64,000 nucleotides of DNA from Candidatus Levyibacteriota bacterium (lineage in GTDB: Bacteria; Patescibacteriota; Microgenomatia; Levybacterales; UBA12049). The notes beneath the pieces were generated by a model. It searched no databases and was not told the DNA's origin. It saw only the letters and a program-made list of their open reading frames with translations. A program made the translations under genes and the position numbers. Within the stretch, counting starts at the first letter, position 1, and each line of letters starts with the position of its first letter. Shown here in pieces: positions 45,696-53,724 of this stretch. The DNA is taken from NCBI GenBank assembly GCA_018061075.1, contig JAGOUW010000004.1, positions 9,192-73,191 on the forward strand, read 5' to 3'.

Positions 45696-45875
45696 TTACC
45701 AGACCTTTTTTACTCTTCTCTGGTCTTCGAGTTTTTGTTTGCGCGCTAGAGAAGGTTTTAAATAAAATTCTCTTCTTTTAGCTTCCTGAACTATGCCTTC
45801 AGACATAACTTTTCTCGAAAACTTTCTAATTAATGAATCATCAGAATCTCCTGGTGACTTTTTTACTACTACCAT
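45696..45875 (-). CDS. rpsU: 30S ribosomal protein S21 (59 aa, below ORF-track cutoff)
   Basis: MVVVKKSPGDSDDSLIRKFSRKVMSEGIVQEAKRREFYLKPSLARKQKLEDQRRVKKVW matches the bS21 pattern (basic, FYxKPS, RK-rich tail). AAAGGAGGTG SD. Stop lies 2 nt before the ybeY ATG. Confidence 0.75.
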   Translation of the reverse strand: MVVVKKSPGDSDDSLIRKFSRKVMSEGIVQEAKRREFYLKPSLARKQKLEDQRRVKKVW

Positions 45876-45947
45876 AAATTAAATAAACACCTCCTTTTAG
45901 TACGCAGAACGTTAATGTGTGGCTGCGTTTTAACTAATGTGTGTTAA

Positions 45948-45976
45948 ATTGTACTCCAAATTACTCACAGAAACAA
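45948..45976 (-). promoter_or_regulatory. rpsU promoter, TTGTTT-N17-TACAAT, followed by a ~65-nt SD-containing leader
   Basis: -35 at 45976-45971, -10 at 45953-45948. The leader contains hairpin ACGCAG-N15-CTGCGT (45928-45902). Confidence 0.45.
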
Positions 45977-45980
45977 GGAT

Positions 45981-46388
45981 TCAGGCATTATTGCGGATTT
46001 TATCTTTAGTTTTAGTTAAATCTTCTTTAAGACCACGCGAAACCAAACTTTGGAGCACTTTTCCGCCATCATCTTTAAATCTTGGGATCAAATGAATGTG
46101 TAAATGTGGCACTCCCTTTTCCTCCTTATGGTTAATTCCAATCGTAATTGAATCAGTATTCAAATTTTTTTCAAGTTTTTTTGCAACATTTTGCACTCCC
46201 TCCATAAATTCACTTAGTTCATCCTTCGAATAATCTAAAATACTTAATCCGTGTTTTCTTGGAACCACCATTACGTGTCCGTCAGTTGCGCCAAAAATAT
46301 CTAAAAACGCTACATATTCTTTTTCTTCAAGAATAAAATACCCCGGAACTTCTTTATTTATTACCTTACAAAAAATACAATCTTTCAT
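45981..46388 (-). CDS. HIT family (histidine triad) protein
   Basis: CIFCKV start and HLHIHLIP histidine triad. Confidence 0.85.
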   Translation of the reverse strand: MKDCIFCKVINKEVPGYFILEEKEYVAFLDIFGATDGHVMVVPRKHGLSILDYSKDELSEFMEGVQNVAKKLEKNLNTDSITIGINHKEEKGVPHLHIHLIPRFKDDGGKVLQSLVSRGLKEDLTKTKDKIRNNA

Positions 46389-46427
46389 AATTATTCCCAG
46401 CGCGGGAAGCTTGCGAAATTTTTGAAA

Positions 46428-46488
46428 CGAGAACTTGCGGGGATAAAGTTAGGGTGAAAATCAAACTAATTCCGCCCACGCAGTCTCG
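46428..46488 (-). terminator. long imperfect hairpin after the DHH-family gene (possible terminator or structured RNA)
   Basis: - strand arms CGAGA-CU-GCG-u-GGG ... CCC-CGC-a-AG-u-UCUCG, followed by UUUCAAAAAUUU. Confidence 0.3.
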
Positions 46489-46506
46489 AAAATTTTGTAA
46501 GCGACC

Positions 46507-47409
46507 TCAGCGCTCTGACCTTAAAACATTAATAATCTCTTCAAGTTTTAATTTTGTTGGAATCATTTTTGGATTTTTAGGCGTGCCATTTAAAAGCATT
46601 CTTTTTCCAACATGTAAAAACCAAGTCGCATCTGGATCCATTTTTTTAAGCTGCTCATAAACTGGAGTTAAATCTACACTTTCAGCTGGAGTCGCTTTAA
46701 TTCGGACATAACCTTTTCTCGGGTCTTTTCTAACTGCGATCGCATAACCCATTTTCTGACTTATTTTTATTACATCATCATTTATGGTTTCAAATCCTAT
46801 TCCTCTTCCCCACCTAGACTCAAATTTTTTCCCATTTTCCTCTATTTCTCTTTCAGCCCAAATTTTATTTTCAAAATTATGAAGAATTGCGTCCAGCGCT
46901 GACATAGCAAAATCCACACAAGCCTGATCTTGACCAGGCTTCTGAATCTTTAATCCATCAAGCATGTCAGAAAGCATAAATTCATAATGATCTGCATTTG
47001 GCTCTGGATAAAAAACCTGCTTAAAGTGATCATCAGCCACAACTACATTCATCATTCTAGAAAGCGCTTGCTCTCGCATTTGAATTTTGTCAGAAGTGCT
47101 TTCATTTTCAAACATTTGGCCATTTTCTCTCACATAATCCCAAACAAGAGTTGCGCCACAAACTTTATCTGAAAATGTTTGATGATGATCAAGTGGCCCG
47201 AGTCCTGTATCTACGTGAATTACTTCATTTCCTTTTACATTTTCTATCGCATCTTTTACATCCGGTCCGGGTGTTGCACCCTCAAGGCGATTTCCTGCGG
47301 GAACAAATTTCACTTCTGCGTCGCTCCACCCTTGTAAAAATCTTTTTAAAAGCCAAACTGAAGTCACAGCATCAAGATCAGGTGCGGCGTGAGTTACGAT
47401 AATTTTCAT
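46507..47409 (-). CDS. DHH-family phosphoesterase-like protein
   Basis: THAAPDLDAVTS (DxD) and GLGPLDHHQT (DHH) motifs. Remainder not recognised. Confidence 0.55.
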   Translation of the reverse strand: MKIIVTHAAPDLDAVTSVWLLKRFLQGWSDAEVKFVPAGNRLEGATPGPDVKDAIENVKGNEVIHVDTGLGPLDHHQTFSDKVCGATLVWDYVRENGQMFENESTSDKIQMREQALSRMMNVVVADDHFKQVFYPEPNADHYEFMLSDMLDGLKIQKPGQDQACVDFAMSALDAILHNFENKIWAEREIEENGKKFESRWGRGIGFETINDDVIKISQKMGYAIAVRKDPRKGYVRIKATPAESVDLTPVYEQLKKMDPDATWFLHVGKRMLLNGTPKNPKMIPTKLKLEEIINVLRSER

Positions 47410-47423
47410 ACTCGAAGTATACC

Positions 47424-48095
47424 TTATTTTTGAGGAGTTTTGGAGATACGTGCAGCTACATGCTTACGCTTTGCTCTAACAATCCCTTCAGGACTTTCTT
47501 TCCATATGGTAAATAAACCTTCCGCGATTTTTAGAAAAGCAGTGGCTTGCTCATCAGAAATCGGAGCCGCTTTACCAGGATCATATCCTGCTTCCTCTGA
47601 ATTTAAATCTACTGTTGCTGACTTACGCATAGTAATTCTAACTGGTTCTTTTGAATCATCTTCGAGAACTAACGCTTGTGATGCCTTGACAATATTGTCC
47701 CCCTCTTTATATCCAGATAAAAACTCAACAGCTATTTTTCTTCTTCTATAATTTCCTTCTCTTGCTCTATCAGCTATAACGATAATTCCTGTAAGCGTGC
47801 TTGGATCCGCAAATCTTTCAGTGTCATCTCGTAAAGGCTGTGGCATTTTTTCTCCATCAGGAATTAATAATCCCAGAGATACTTCATCTCTAAGTCTAGT
47901 TAAAAGATCTTGAGGTGCAAGGTTTGGAAATCTTAAAAAAGCATAAGCTACGCCCGGATTTGCTCTGTAAATCAACATATCTTCGACTAAAGTTGTGAGG
48001 CGTTCTCGGGGAGATATTGGATCACGATGATCTTTAGGCCCATCTGCTGGAGAAATTGGAATTCCTGTTGGTGCTCCTTCTCTACCCATAGTCAT
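47424..48095 (-). CDS. hypothetical protein (G+C-rich orphan, 223 aa)
   Basis: No recognisable motif. TTGATT-N17-TAAAAT-N6-ATG upstream. Confidence 0.55.
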   Translation of the reverse strand: MTMGREGAPTGIPISPADGPKDHRDPISPRERLTTLVEDMLIYRANPGVAYAFLRFPNLAPQDLLTRLRDEVSLGLLIPDGEKMPQPLRDDTERFADPSTLTGIIVIADRAREGNYRRRKIAVEFLSGYKEGDNIVKASQALVLEDDSKEPVRITMRKSATVDLNSEEAGYDPGKAAPISDEQATAFLKIAEGLFTIWKESPEGIVRAKRKHVAARISKTPQK

Positions 48096-48101
48096 GGCTG
48101 C

Positions 48102-48130
48102 ATTTTACTCTTTTAGCCTCAGTAAATCAA
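48102..48130 (-). promoter_or_regulatory. promoter, TTGATT-N17-TAAAAT, 6 nt from ATG at 48095
   Basis: -35 at 48130-48125, -10 at 48107-48102. Confidence 0.55.
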
Positions 48131-48142
48131 ATCATAACCATT

Positions 48143-48156
48143 ATATATCGATATAT
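48143..48156. repeat. 14-bp perfect palindrome ATATATCGATATAT (copy 1)
   Basis: Read directly. Lies in the divergent spacer between the orphan at 48095 and ddl. Its core is identical to the palindrome at 60444-60465. Confidence 0.6.
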
Positions 48157-48208
48157 GAAGAGTCAAAAAAAACAGATTTTATTATTGTGGTAAAATCAAT
48201 CTCTATTT

Positions 48209-49099
48209 ATGAAAGTTCTCATAGTTACCGGTGGGGATTCCTCAGAAAGAATTGTTTCTCTTAATTCCGCTAAAAATGTGCAAAAAGCTCTGGAGGAAAA
48301 TGGGCATAACGTAGAGCAATACGATATTAGAAAAGGATATGAGCCAATCGTAAAACTTGCCCAGAGTTTTGAAACCCTATTCCCTGTTCTTCACGGCGAA
48401 GAAGGAGAAGGAGGACAGCTTCACGAATTCTTAAGTAAAATCGATAAACCAATTGTAGGCACCAGAAATCATAAAGGACTCAAGAATGGTTGGTATAAAA
48501 TTCCATTTAAAAAATTTGTGACAAAATCGGGACTCCCCACCTCCCCCTGGACTGAGATAAAAACCAAAGAAGATATTGTTAAATTTGGATTCCCTTGTGT
48601 TTTAAAAGCTTCTCATGGAGGCTCCTCTCACGAGGTCGTAATCCTAAAATACGAAAAAGATTTAAATACAAAAAATGCCAAAAAATTACTCAGCTCAAAC
48701 TTTAAACTTTATGTAGAAAAATATATAGATGGTATCGAAATCACAGTAGGAGTACTTGATGGAAAAGCCCTACCGGTTGTAGAAATAAAACCTCCCGAAG
48801 GAGAGTGGTTTAGTTATGAAAATAAATATACGCCTGGCACAAAAGAAATTCCCAATGCTCCATCAGTGCCATTAAATAAACAAAAAGAAGCGCAAGAAAT
48901 AGCTTTAAAAATTCACGATAATTTTAACTTTGGTACTTATTCAAGAACAGATTTTATTTATTCACAAAACACCCCTTACGCTTTAGAGATTAACACAATT
49001 CCAGGGCTAACTTCAGAAAGCCTAATTCCCAAAGCTGCTCGCGCAGCAGGCATAAATTTCAATCAGTTTGTAGAGATTCTTCTCACTAAAGCACAGTAA
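48209..49099 (+). CDS. ddl: D-alanine-D-alanine ligase
   Basis: GGDSSERIVSLNS, LHGEEGEGGQLQ-like, ATP-grasp core, EINTIPGLT C-terminal motif. Confidence 0.85.
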   Translation: MKVLIVTGGDSSERIVSLNSAKNVQKALEENGHNVEQYDIRKGYEPIVKLAQSFETLFPVLHGEEGEGGQLHEFLSKIDKPIVGTRNHKGLKNGWYKIPFKKFVTKSGLPTSPWTEIKTKEDIVKFGFPCVLKASHGGSSHEVVILKYEKDLNTKNAKKLLSSNFKLYVEKYIDGIEITVGVLDGKALPVVEIKPPEGEWFSYENKYTPGTKEIPNAPSVPLNKQKEAQEIALKIHDNFNFGTYSRTDFIYSQNTPYALEINTIPGLTSESLIPKAARAAGINFNQFVEILLTKAQ

Positions 49100-49141
49100 G
49101 TTATACTTGACAAAAATTACCCATATTATAAACTAGAATGT

Positions 49142-49579
49142 ATGGATCCAAAGCTGTCCGCAACTGACCCAAAACTTCAAGAAGCATACGATAGAGTTAT
49201 GAATGGCCCTGCAACACCCCCGGGTGGCGCGGCAGTTCCCCCACCACCTGCTCCCCTGTCTCCAGCTCCTTTTAATCCTGTTATGGGCGCTCAAACACCT
49301 GCACCTGCTCAATACCAACCTCAAGCTCCAGTTATGCCTGTTGAAATTGCTCCACAAGCGGCACCCACAGTTCCAACTGCTCCATCTCCTATTGGTGGCG
49401 GAACAATCGCTTTTAATGCAAATAATCCTGGTAAAAATCAGGGTGCAACTGTAAAAAGAGGCGGATCGAAAATAATGACTTTAGTTCTTGGAGTTGGAGT
49501 AATCGTTCTTTTGGTAGCTTATACTTTTGTGTGGGTTTACGTATTTAAACTGCAGATTCCTTTTCTTCCTCAATTTTAG
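49142..49579 (+). CDS. hypothetical Pro/Ala-rich protein with C-terminal TM anchor
   Basis: 145 aa, long PAPxP tract, single C-terminal TM (IMTLVLGVGVIVLLVAYTFVWVYVF). The 3' end overlaps the proS 3' end by 35 nt. Confidence 0.5.
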   Translation: MDPKLSATDPKLQEAYDRVMNGPATPPGGAAVPPPPAPLSPAPFNPVMGAQTPAPAQYQPQAPVMPVEIAPQAAPTVPTAPSPIGGGTIAFNANNPGKNQGATVKRGGSKIMTLVLGVGVIVLLVAYTFVWVYVFKLQIPFLPQF

Positions 49580-50816
49580 AAATAACTTCTTCCAAACTTA
49601 AAAGTGTGACTTCATCACTTTTTCTTTCTTTAAATTCTATTTTATCTCCTGTTTTTTGAGAAACTACCAAACGATATGGAAATCCCAGCAAATCGGCGTT
49701 TGCGAATTTTTCTCCAGCCGAAACATCCCTATCATCCATCATGACCTCAATTCCTTTTTCCTCAAGTGTTTTTTCAATTTTTTCAGCGTCTTCATTTCTA
49801 TTAAGACTTACTAGATAAACTTGAAATGGTGCAACGCTTTTTGGCCAAATTATTCCCCGATCATCATGACTTACTTCGACCAGTGTTCCCATAACGCGGG
49901 TTGGCCCAATACCATATGAAGCAAACCATATATTTTGCGCTGCCCCCTGGGCATCCGTATATAAAACTTTCATATTTTGCGAATATTTTGTGCCCAGTGG
50001 GAATATATTTCCGACTTCAATTGACTTAGCGGATTTTAAAGTGCAATCATCGCACTCTGGACATTTATCTCCATCTGCGCCCACGAACAATTCTTTATTT
50101 TGGGCAAATATACAATCACAACTTTTTCCGTTACAATCACAGAAAAAGATTGTGTCTTCTCCGACTTCTGATAAAACCTGAAATTCGTGGCTATTTTTAT
50201 CAGTAAATACGCCGCCTGAAGCTTCTACCGTAATAGAATTCAAACCTAATCGCTTGAAAATTTTAGGATAAACTTCTTTTACTAAATTATAATATTTATA
50301 CATATCTTCTTCGGAAACATGCGCGGAATATAAATCTTTCATCATAAACTCGCGTCCTCTTAAAATTCCAGATTTTGCCCGCGGTTCATTTCTAAATTTG
50401 GTAGAAAACTGATAGACCTTTACCGGTAAATCTTTATATGATTGGATCATTTTCCCAAGCAAATTCATAACTATTTCTTCATGAGTAAATGAAAGACCAA
50501 ATTCTTTATCATGAACATCTTTAAACTGATACATAATTTGTTTAACGTCTGGATCACTCCAACGTCCAGTCTGGTCCCATATTTCGCGTGGATGAAGAAG
50601 CGGCATCTGAAGTTCCTGAGCGCCTGTTTTATTTAATTCTTCCCTAATAATATTATTTATTTTGTCAACAACTCGAAACCCTAGTGGAAGAAGCGTATAT
50701 GAACCAGCCATTAACTGATCAATGTAACCTGCTTTTGTCAAATATTTCGCGTTGACAGAAAGATCATCTTTAAATTCTGACTTCCTGGCTTTTGGGAAAA
50801 AAATAGAGTACTTCAT
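49545..50816 (-). CDS. proS: proline-tRNA ligase, bacterial type lacking the INS editing domain
   Basis: Class II motifs (FRNEPRAKSGILRGREFMMKD, GIGPTR) and C-terminal anticodon-binding domain. 423 aa, with a Cys-rich mini-insert where INS normally sits. Confidence 0.9.
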   Translation of the reverse strand: MKYSIFFPKARKSEFKDDLSVNAKYLTKAGYIDQLMAGSYTLLPLGFRVVDKINNIIREELNKTGAQELQMPLLHPREIWDQTGRWSDPDVKQIMYQFKDVHDKEFGLSFTHEEIVMNLLGKMIQSYKDLPVKVYQFSTKFRNEPRAKSGILRGREFMMKDLYSAHVSEEDMYKYYNLVKEVYPKIFKRLGLNSITVEASGGVFTDKNSHEFQVLSEVGEDTIFFCDCNGKSCDCIFAQNKELFVGADGDKCPECDDCTLKSAKSIEVGNIFPLGTKYSQNMKVLYTDAQGAAQNIWFASYGIGPTRVMGTLVEVSHDDRGIIWPKSVAPFQVYLVSLNRNEDAEKIEKTLEEKGIEVMMDDRDVSAGEKFANADLLGFPYRLVVSQKTGDKIEFKERKSDEVTLLSLEEVISKIEEEKESAV

Positions 50817-50882
50817 ATTTCGATAAACTCAATATGATCCTGAGCAATTGTCGAATGGATCACAAATTCGAGTATAACATAA

Positions 50883-51791
50883 TTACTTCTTTATCTGATG
50901 TCCTCCGAAGGCGTAGCGTAGCGCGTTTATCATTTTTGCAGTGAAAGAATTTTGAATATTTTCATTAGTCTCTGATTTTTTTCTAAACTCTACTGACTCA
51001 TCTATCACTTCAGGATCCAATCCTTCTTCTTTAGCAGCCAATAGTGTCCAATCTCCCTCTCCGCTTCTCGAAATTGGTCCACCAAAATCTGATAACCTTA
51101 CATCATCTTTTAAAACCTCTGCTGATCTGTCAATTAAAAATCCTGAAATTATACTTCCTCTTTGCCATACCTTAGCGACTTTAGATAAATTAAGATCATA
51201 TTTTGACTTCTCTAAGATCTCAAAACCTTCACCTATTGCCTGCATTTGCGCGTATTCAATTCCATTGTGGACCATTTTTACAAAATGCCCAGCTCCGCCT
51301 ATTCCAAAAAATCCATACCCTCCGTCCGGATTTGAAAGTGTGTCAAAAATAGGCTTAATTAAATCATAAGCCTCCCTATTTCCGCCAGCCATTAGAGGAT
51401 ATCCATTTTTAAATGCGATTATTCCACCGCTTACCCCAATTCCTAAAAATTTAATACCATTTTTCTCAAATTCCGCAAATCTCCTATCAGTATCTTTATA
51501 ATTAGAATTTCCTCCATCAATAACTATGTCTCCAGCTGAAATAAACTTACGTACTTCTGTTAAAACCTCTTCAACTGCAGCGTGTGGCACCATAATCCAG
51601 ACTATTCGTGGTGCAGGCAAACTTTTAACTAAGCTTTCGATTGATTCATGTCCTTCCACTTTTGCGACTTTTTTTAATTCTGCTACATCTTCTGACGAGC
51701 GGTTCCAAACAAAAACTTCATGTTCTGCATCTGCTAATTTCTGAGCGATTCTTGAACCCATCTTTCCAAGTCCAATTATTCCAATTTTCAT
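50883..51791 (-). CDS. gnd: 6-phosphogluconate dehydrogenase (decarboxylating), short form
   Basis: MKIGIIGLGKMGSRIA Rossmann start and GAGHFVKMVHNGIEY motif. Confidence 0.85.
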   Translation of the reverse strand: MKIGIIGLGKMGSRIAQKLADAEHEVFVWNRSSEDVAELKKVAKVEGHESIESLVKSLPAPRIVWIMVPHAAVEEVLTEVRKFISAGDIVIDGGNSNYKDTDRRFAEFEKNGIKFLGIGVSGGIIAFKNGYPLMAGGNREAYDLIKPIFDTLSNPDGGYGFFGIGGAGHFVKMVHNGIEYAQMQAIGEGFEILEKSKYDLNLSKVAKVWQRGSIISGFLIDRSAEVLKDDVRLSDFGGPISRSGEGDWTLLAAKEEGLDPEVIDESVEFRKKSETNENIQNSFTAKMINALRYAFGGHQIKK

Positions 51792-51798
51792 TATTAAT

Positions 51799-51827
51799 AG
51801 TCTATGTTTGTACTTCTAATTTGTCAA
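51799..51827 (-). promoter_or_regulatory. gnd promoter, TTGACA-N17-TAGACT, 7 nt from the ATG
   Basis: -35 at 51827-51822, -10 at 51804-51799. Confidence 0.55.
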
Positions 51828-51849
51828 CGATAACTGATATATTAGACAG

Positions 51850-52713
51850 ATGTGGATTTCGTACTCTTTAATTTTTGCTATTTGGACATCTATCAGCATG
51901 ATCATCATCAAAAAAATGATGAAGGATATTTCCCCTATGGCCTTTACAGTAATTTCTCTTTCTTTCGTTCTTCCTTTTTCAATTAGTCTTTTATTTTTCC
52001 TTGGTATTCCTGCTTTTACTCCGGAGTTTTGGAAATTTATATTCGTGGTTTCAATACTTGATACTATTGCAGCTATCATTTATTATAAAGCGCTTTCAAT
52101 TTCAGAGATTTCTCTACTTGCACCAATCTCTTCTTTTAACCCGGCGTTTGTTTTAATCTTTGCCACAATATTTTTACACGAAAATCCTACACCCATAAAA
52201 TTAATAGGAATTTTATTAATCATAATTGGCGCTTATTTACTTAATGTCGATCAAATAAGAGCTGGAATTTTCAAACCTATTTCCAAACTTTTATCAGATA
52301 AAGGAGTTAAACTATTTCTAATTTCAAATCTAATCTGGGGAATGACTCCGATTCTTCAAAAGAAAGCAATTTTTGAAACGACTCCAAATATCCCAATCGC
52401 TGTTCCCGCAATCGAAACCATATTCATAATTATTTTTCTACTCCCTTTTCTTTTCAAGATGAAAAATGTTAAAAAATATACAAAAACAAACCTAAGAACA
52501 CTTTTAGTCTATGGATCTTTAGCAACAGTAGGACAATTCGCGGCACTTACTGCTTTTTCTCTAAACAATGTCGCATATGTCACTGCAATTTTTAAACTCT
52601 CAGCACTTTTTTCAATCATCCTAGGGGCACTTTTATTTAAAGAGCATCATATTCAAGAAAGATTTTTAGGAGCAGGTGTTATGGTGTTAGGCACTATATT
52701 ATTAGCCTTATAA
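51850..52713 (+). CDS. EamA/DMT family transporter
   Basis: 10 hydrophobic segments arranged as two 5-TM halves. Confidence 0.7.
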   Translation: MWISYSLIFAIWTSISMIIIKKMMKDISPMAFTVISLSFVLPFSISLLFFLGIPAFTPEFWKFIFVVSILDTIAAIIYYKALSISEISLLAPISSFNPAFVLIFATIFLHENPTPIKLIGILLIIIGAYLLNVDQIRAGIFKPISKLLSDKGVKLFLISNLIWGMTPILQKKAIFETTPNIPIAVPAIETIFIIIFLLPFLFKMKNVKKYTKTNLRTLLVYGSLATVGQFAALTAFSLNNVAYVTAIFKLSALFSIILGALLFKEHHIQERFLGAGVMVLGTILLAL

Positions 52714-52729
52714 TTGTTAAAATCAAACT

Positions 52730-53398
52730 ATGAATTTCGATTTGGATCGAATAGCTATACAAATAAAAAGCCACAGATATTTTGATCTTTCAAAAAAAGT
52801 TATTGAAAATAATGAAAACCATAAAAATGATCCTATAAATGAACATCTTAATAGAACGTTTGAAAAAGCCAAAGAATTTTCAGATGGAAATCTTATTACA
52901 AACCTACAAGCAAAGATTGAATTCAAAAAAATCTTAAACAACGAAATAAGTGGAATTAAAAAATCTGATTTACTAGTAATTACCGCACTCCTACATGACA
53001 TTGGGAAAATAATAATATTTCTAGATGGCAGTAAAGAAATACCTCTACTTAAACGCAAATCAAACTATAATAATTCATTCCCCGCTCATGAATATTGGGG
53101 CTCAATATTAGCAAGGGAAATACTTACTGAAATAAAACTACCACCTGAAGCAATTGATTTTATTTGTAAATGCATAAGACTTCATAACGCAGGATTTAAT
53201 GTTTGGTTTGAGGATTTATCTAACGAAGAAAGACTTTGGGAAATTAAACTTAGGTCTGAGAATATTCATTTTGAATTAATTTTTGGTACTTATTGCGATT
53301 TGTTTTATGGCGCGGACTTTCAAGATAAATTACAATTACCGATCGGGGTTTTAAATATGCCTGAAACATATCAGGAGATAGCGATAAAAACTATTTAA
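52730..53398 (+). CDS. HD domain protein
   Basis: ALLHDIGK and HEYWG metal-binding motifs. Confidence 0.7.
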   Translation: MNFDLDRIAIQIKSHRYFDLSKKVIENNENHKNDPINEHLNRTFEKAKEFSDGNLITNLQAKIEFKKILNNEISGIKKSDLLVITALLHDIGKIIIFLDGSKEIPLLKRKSNYNNSFPAHEYWGSILAREILTEIKLPPEAIDFICKCIRLHNAGFNVWFEDLSNEERLWEIKLRSENIHFELIFGTYCDLFYGADFQDKLQLPIGVLNMPETYQEIAIKTI

Positions 53399-53724
53399 AC
53401 TACTTCGGATCCTGGCTCAATATCTTTATTTGGCTCAAGTAAAACAATATCTTCACTTCCAGTCCCTGTCGCCATAAGCATACCTTGTGACTCTTCGCCT
53501 TTAAATTTTCTAAATTCTAGATTAACAATAAAAGGAAGGGTTTTCCCTACCATCTCCTCTGGCGCGTAACTCATCGCAATTCCTGAGACAATTTGGCGTT
53601 GAAATTCTCCGAAATCAACCTGAAGTTTTAATAATTTATCAGCATCAACCACTTTTTCGCATGCGGTAATTTTCCCCATTCTTATTTCTACTTTTTTAAA
53701 ATCGTCAAAATTTATTTGATCCAT
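53395..53724 (-). CDS. tRNA-binding domain protein (CsaA/Trbp111-like)
   Basis: FKKVEIRMGKI..DADKLLKLQVDFGE..RQIVSGI pattern of the OB-fold tRNA-binding domain. 13-nt overlap with the zwf 3' end. Confidence 0.8.
   Translation of the reverse strand: MDQINFDDFKKVEIRMGKITACEKVVDADKLLKLQVDFGEFQRQIVSGIAMSYAPEEMVGKTLPFIVNLEFRKFKGEESQGMLMATGTGSEDIVLLEPNKDIEPGSEVV

Noticed and set aside
46389-46506. Possible tRNA, SRP RNA or other known small RNA in the largest G+C-richer spacer.
   Set aside because: I could not build a cloverleaf (no matching 7-bp acceptor stem or T-loop) and saw no SRP domain IV motif. It is kept only as an unexplained structured spacer in the findings.
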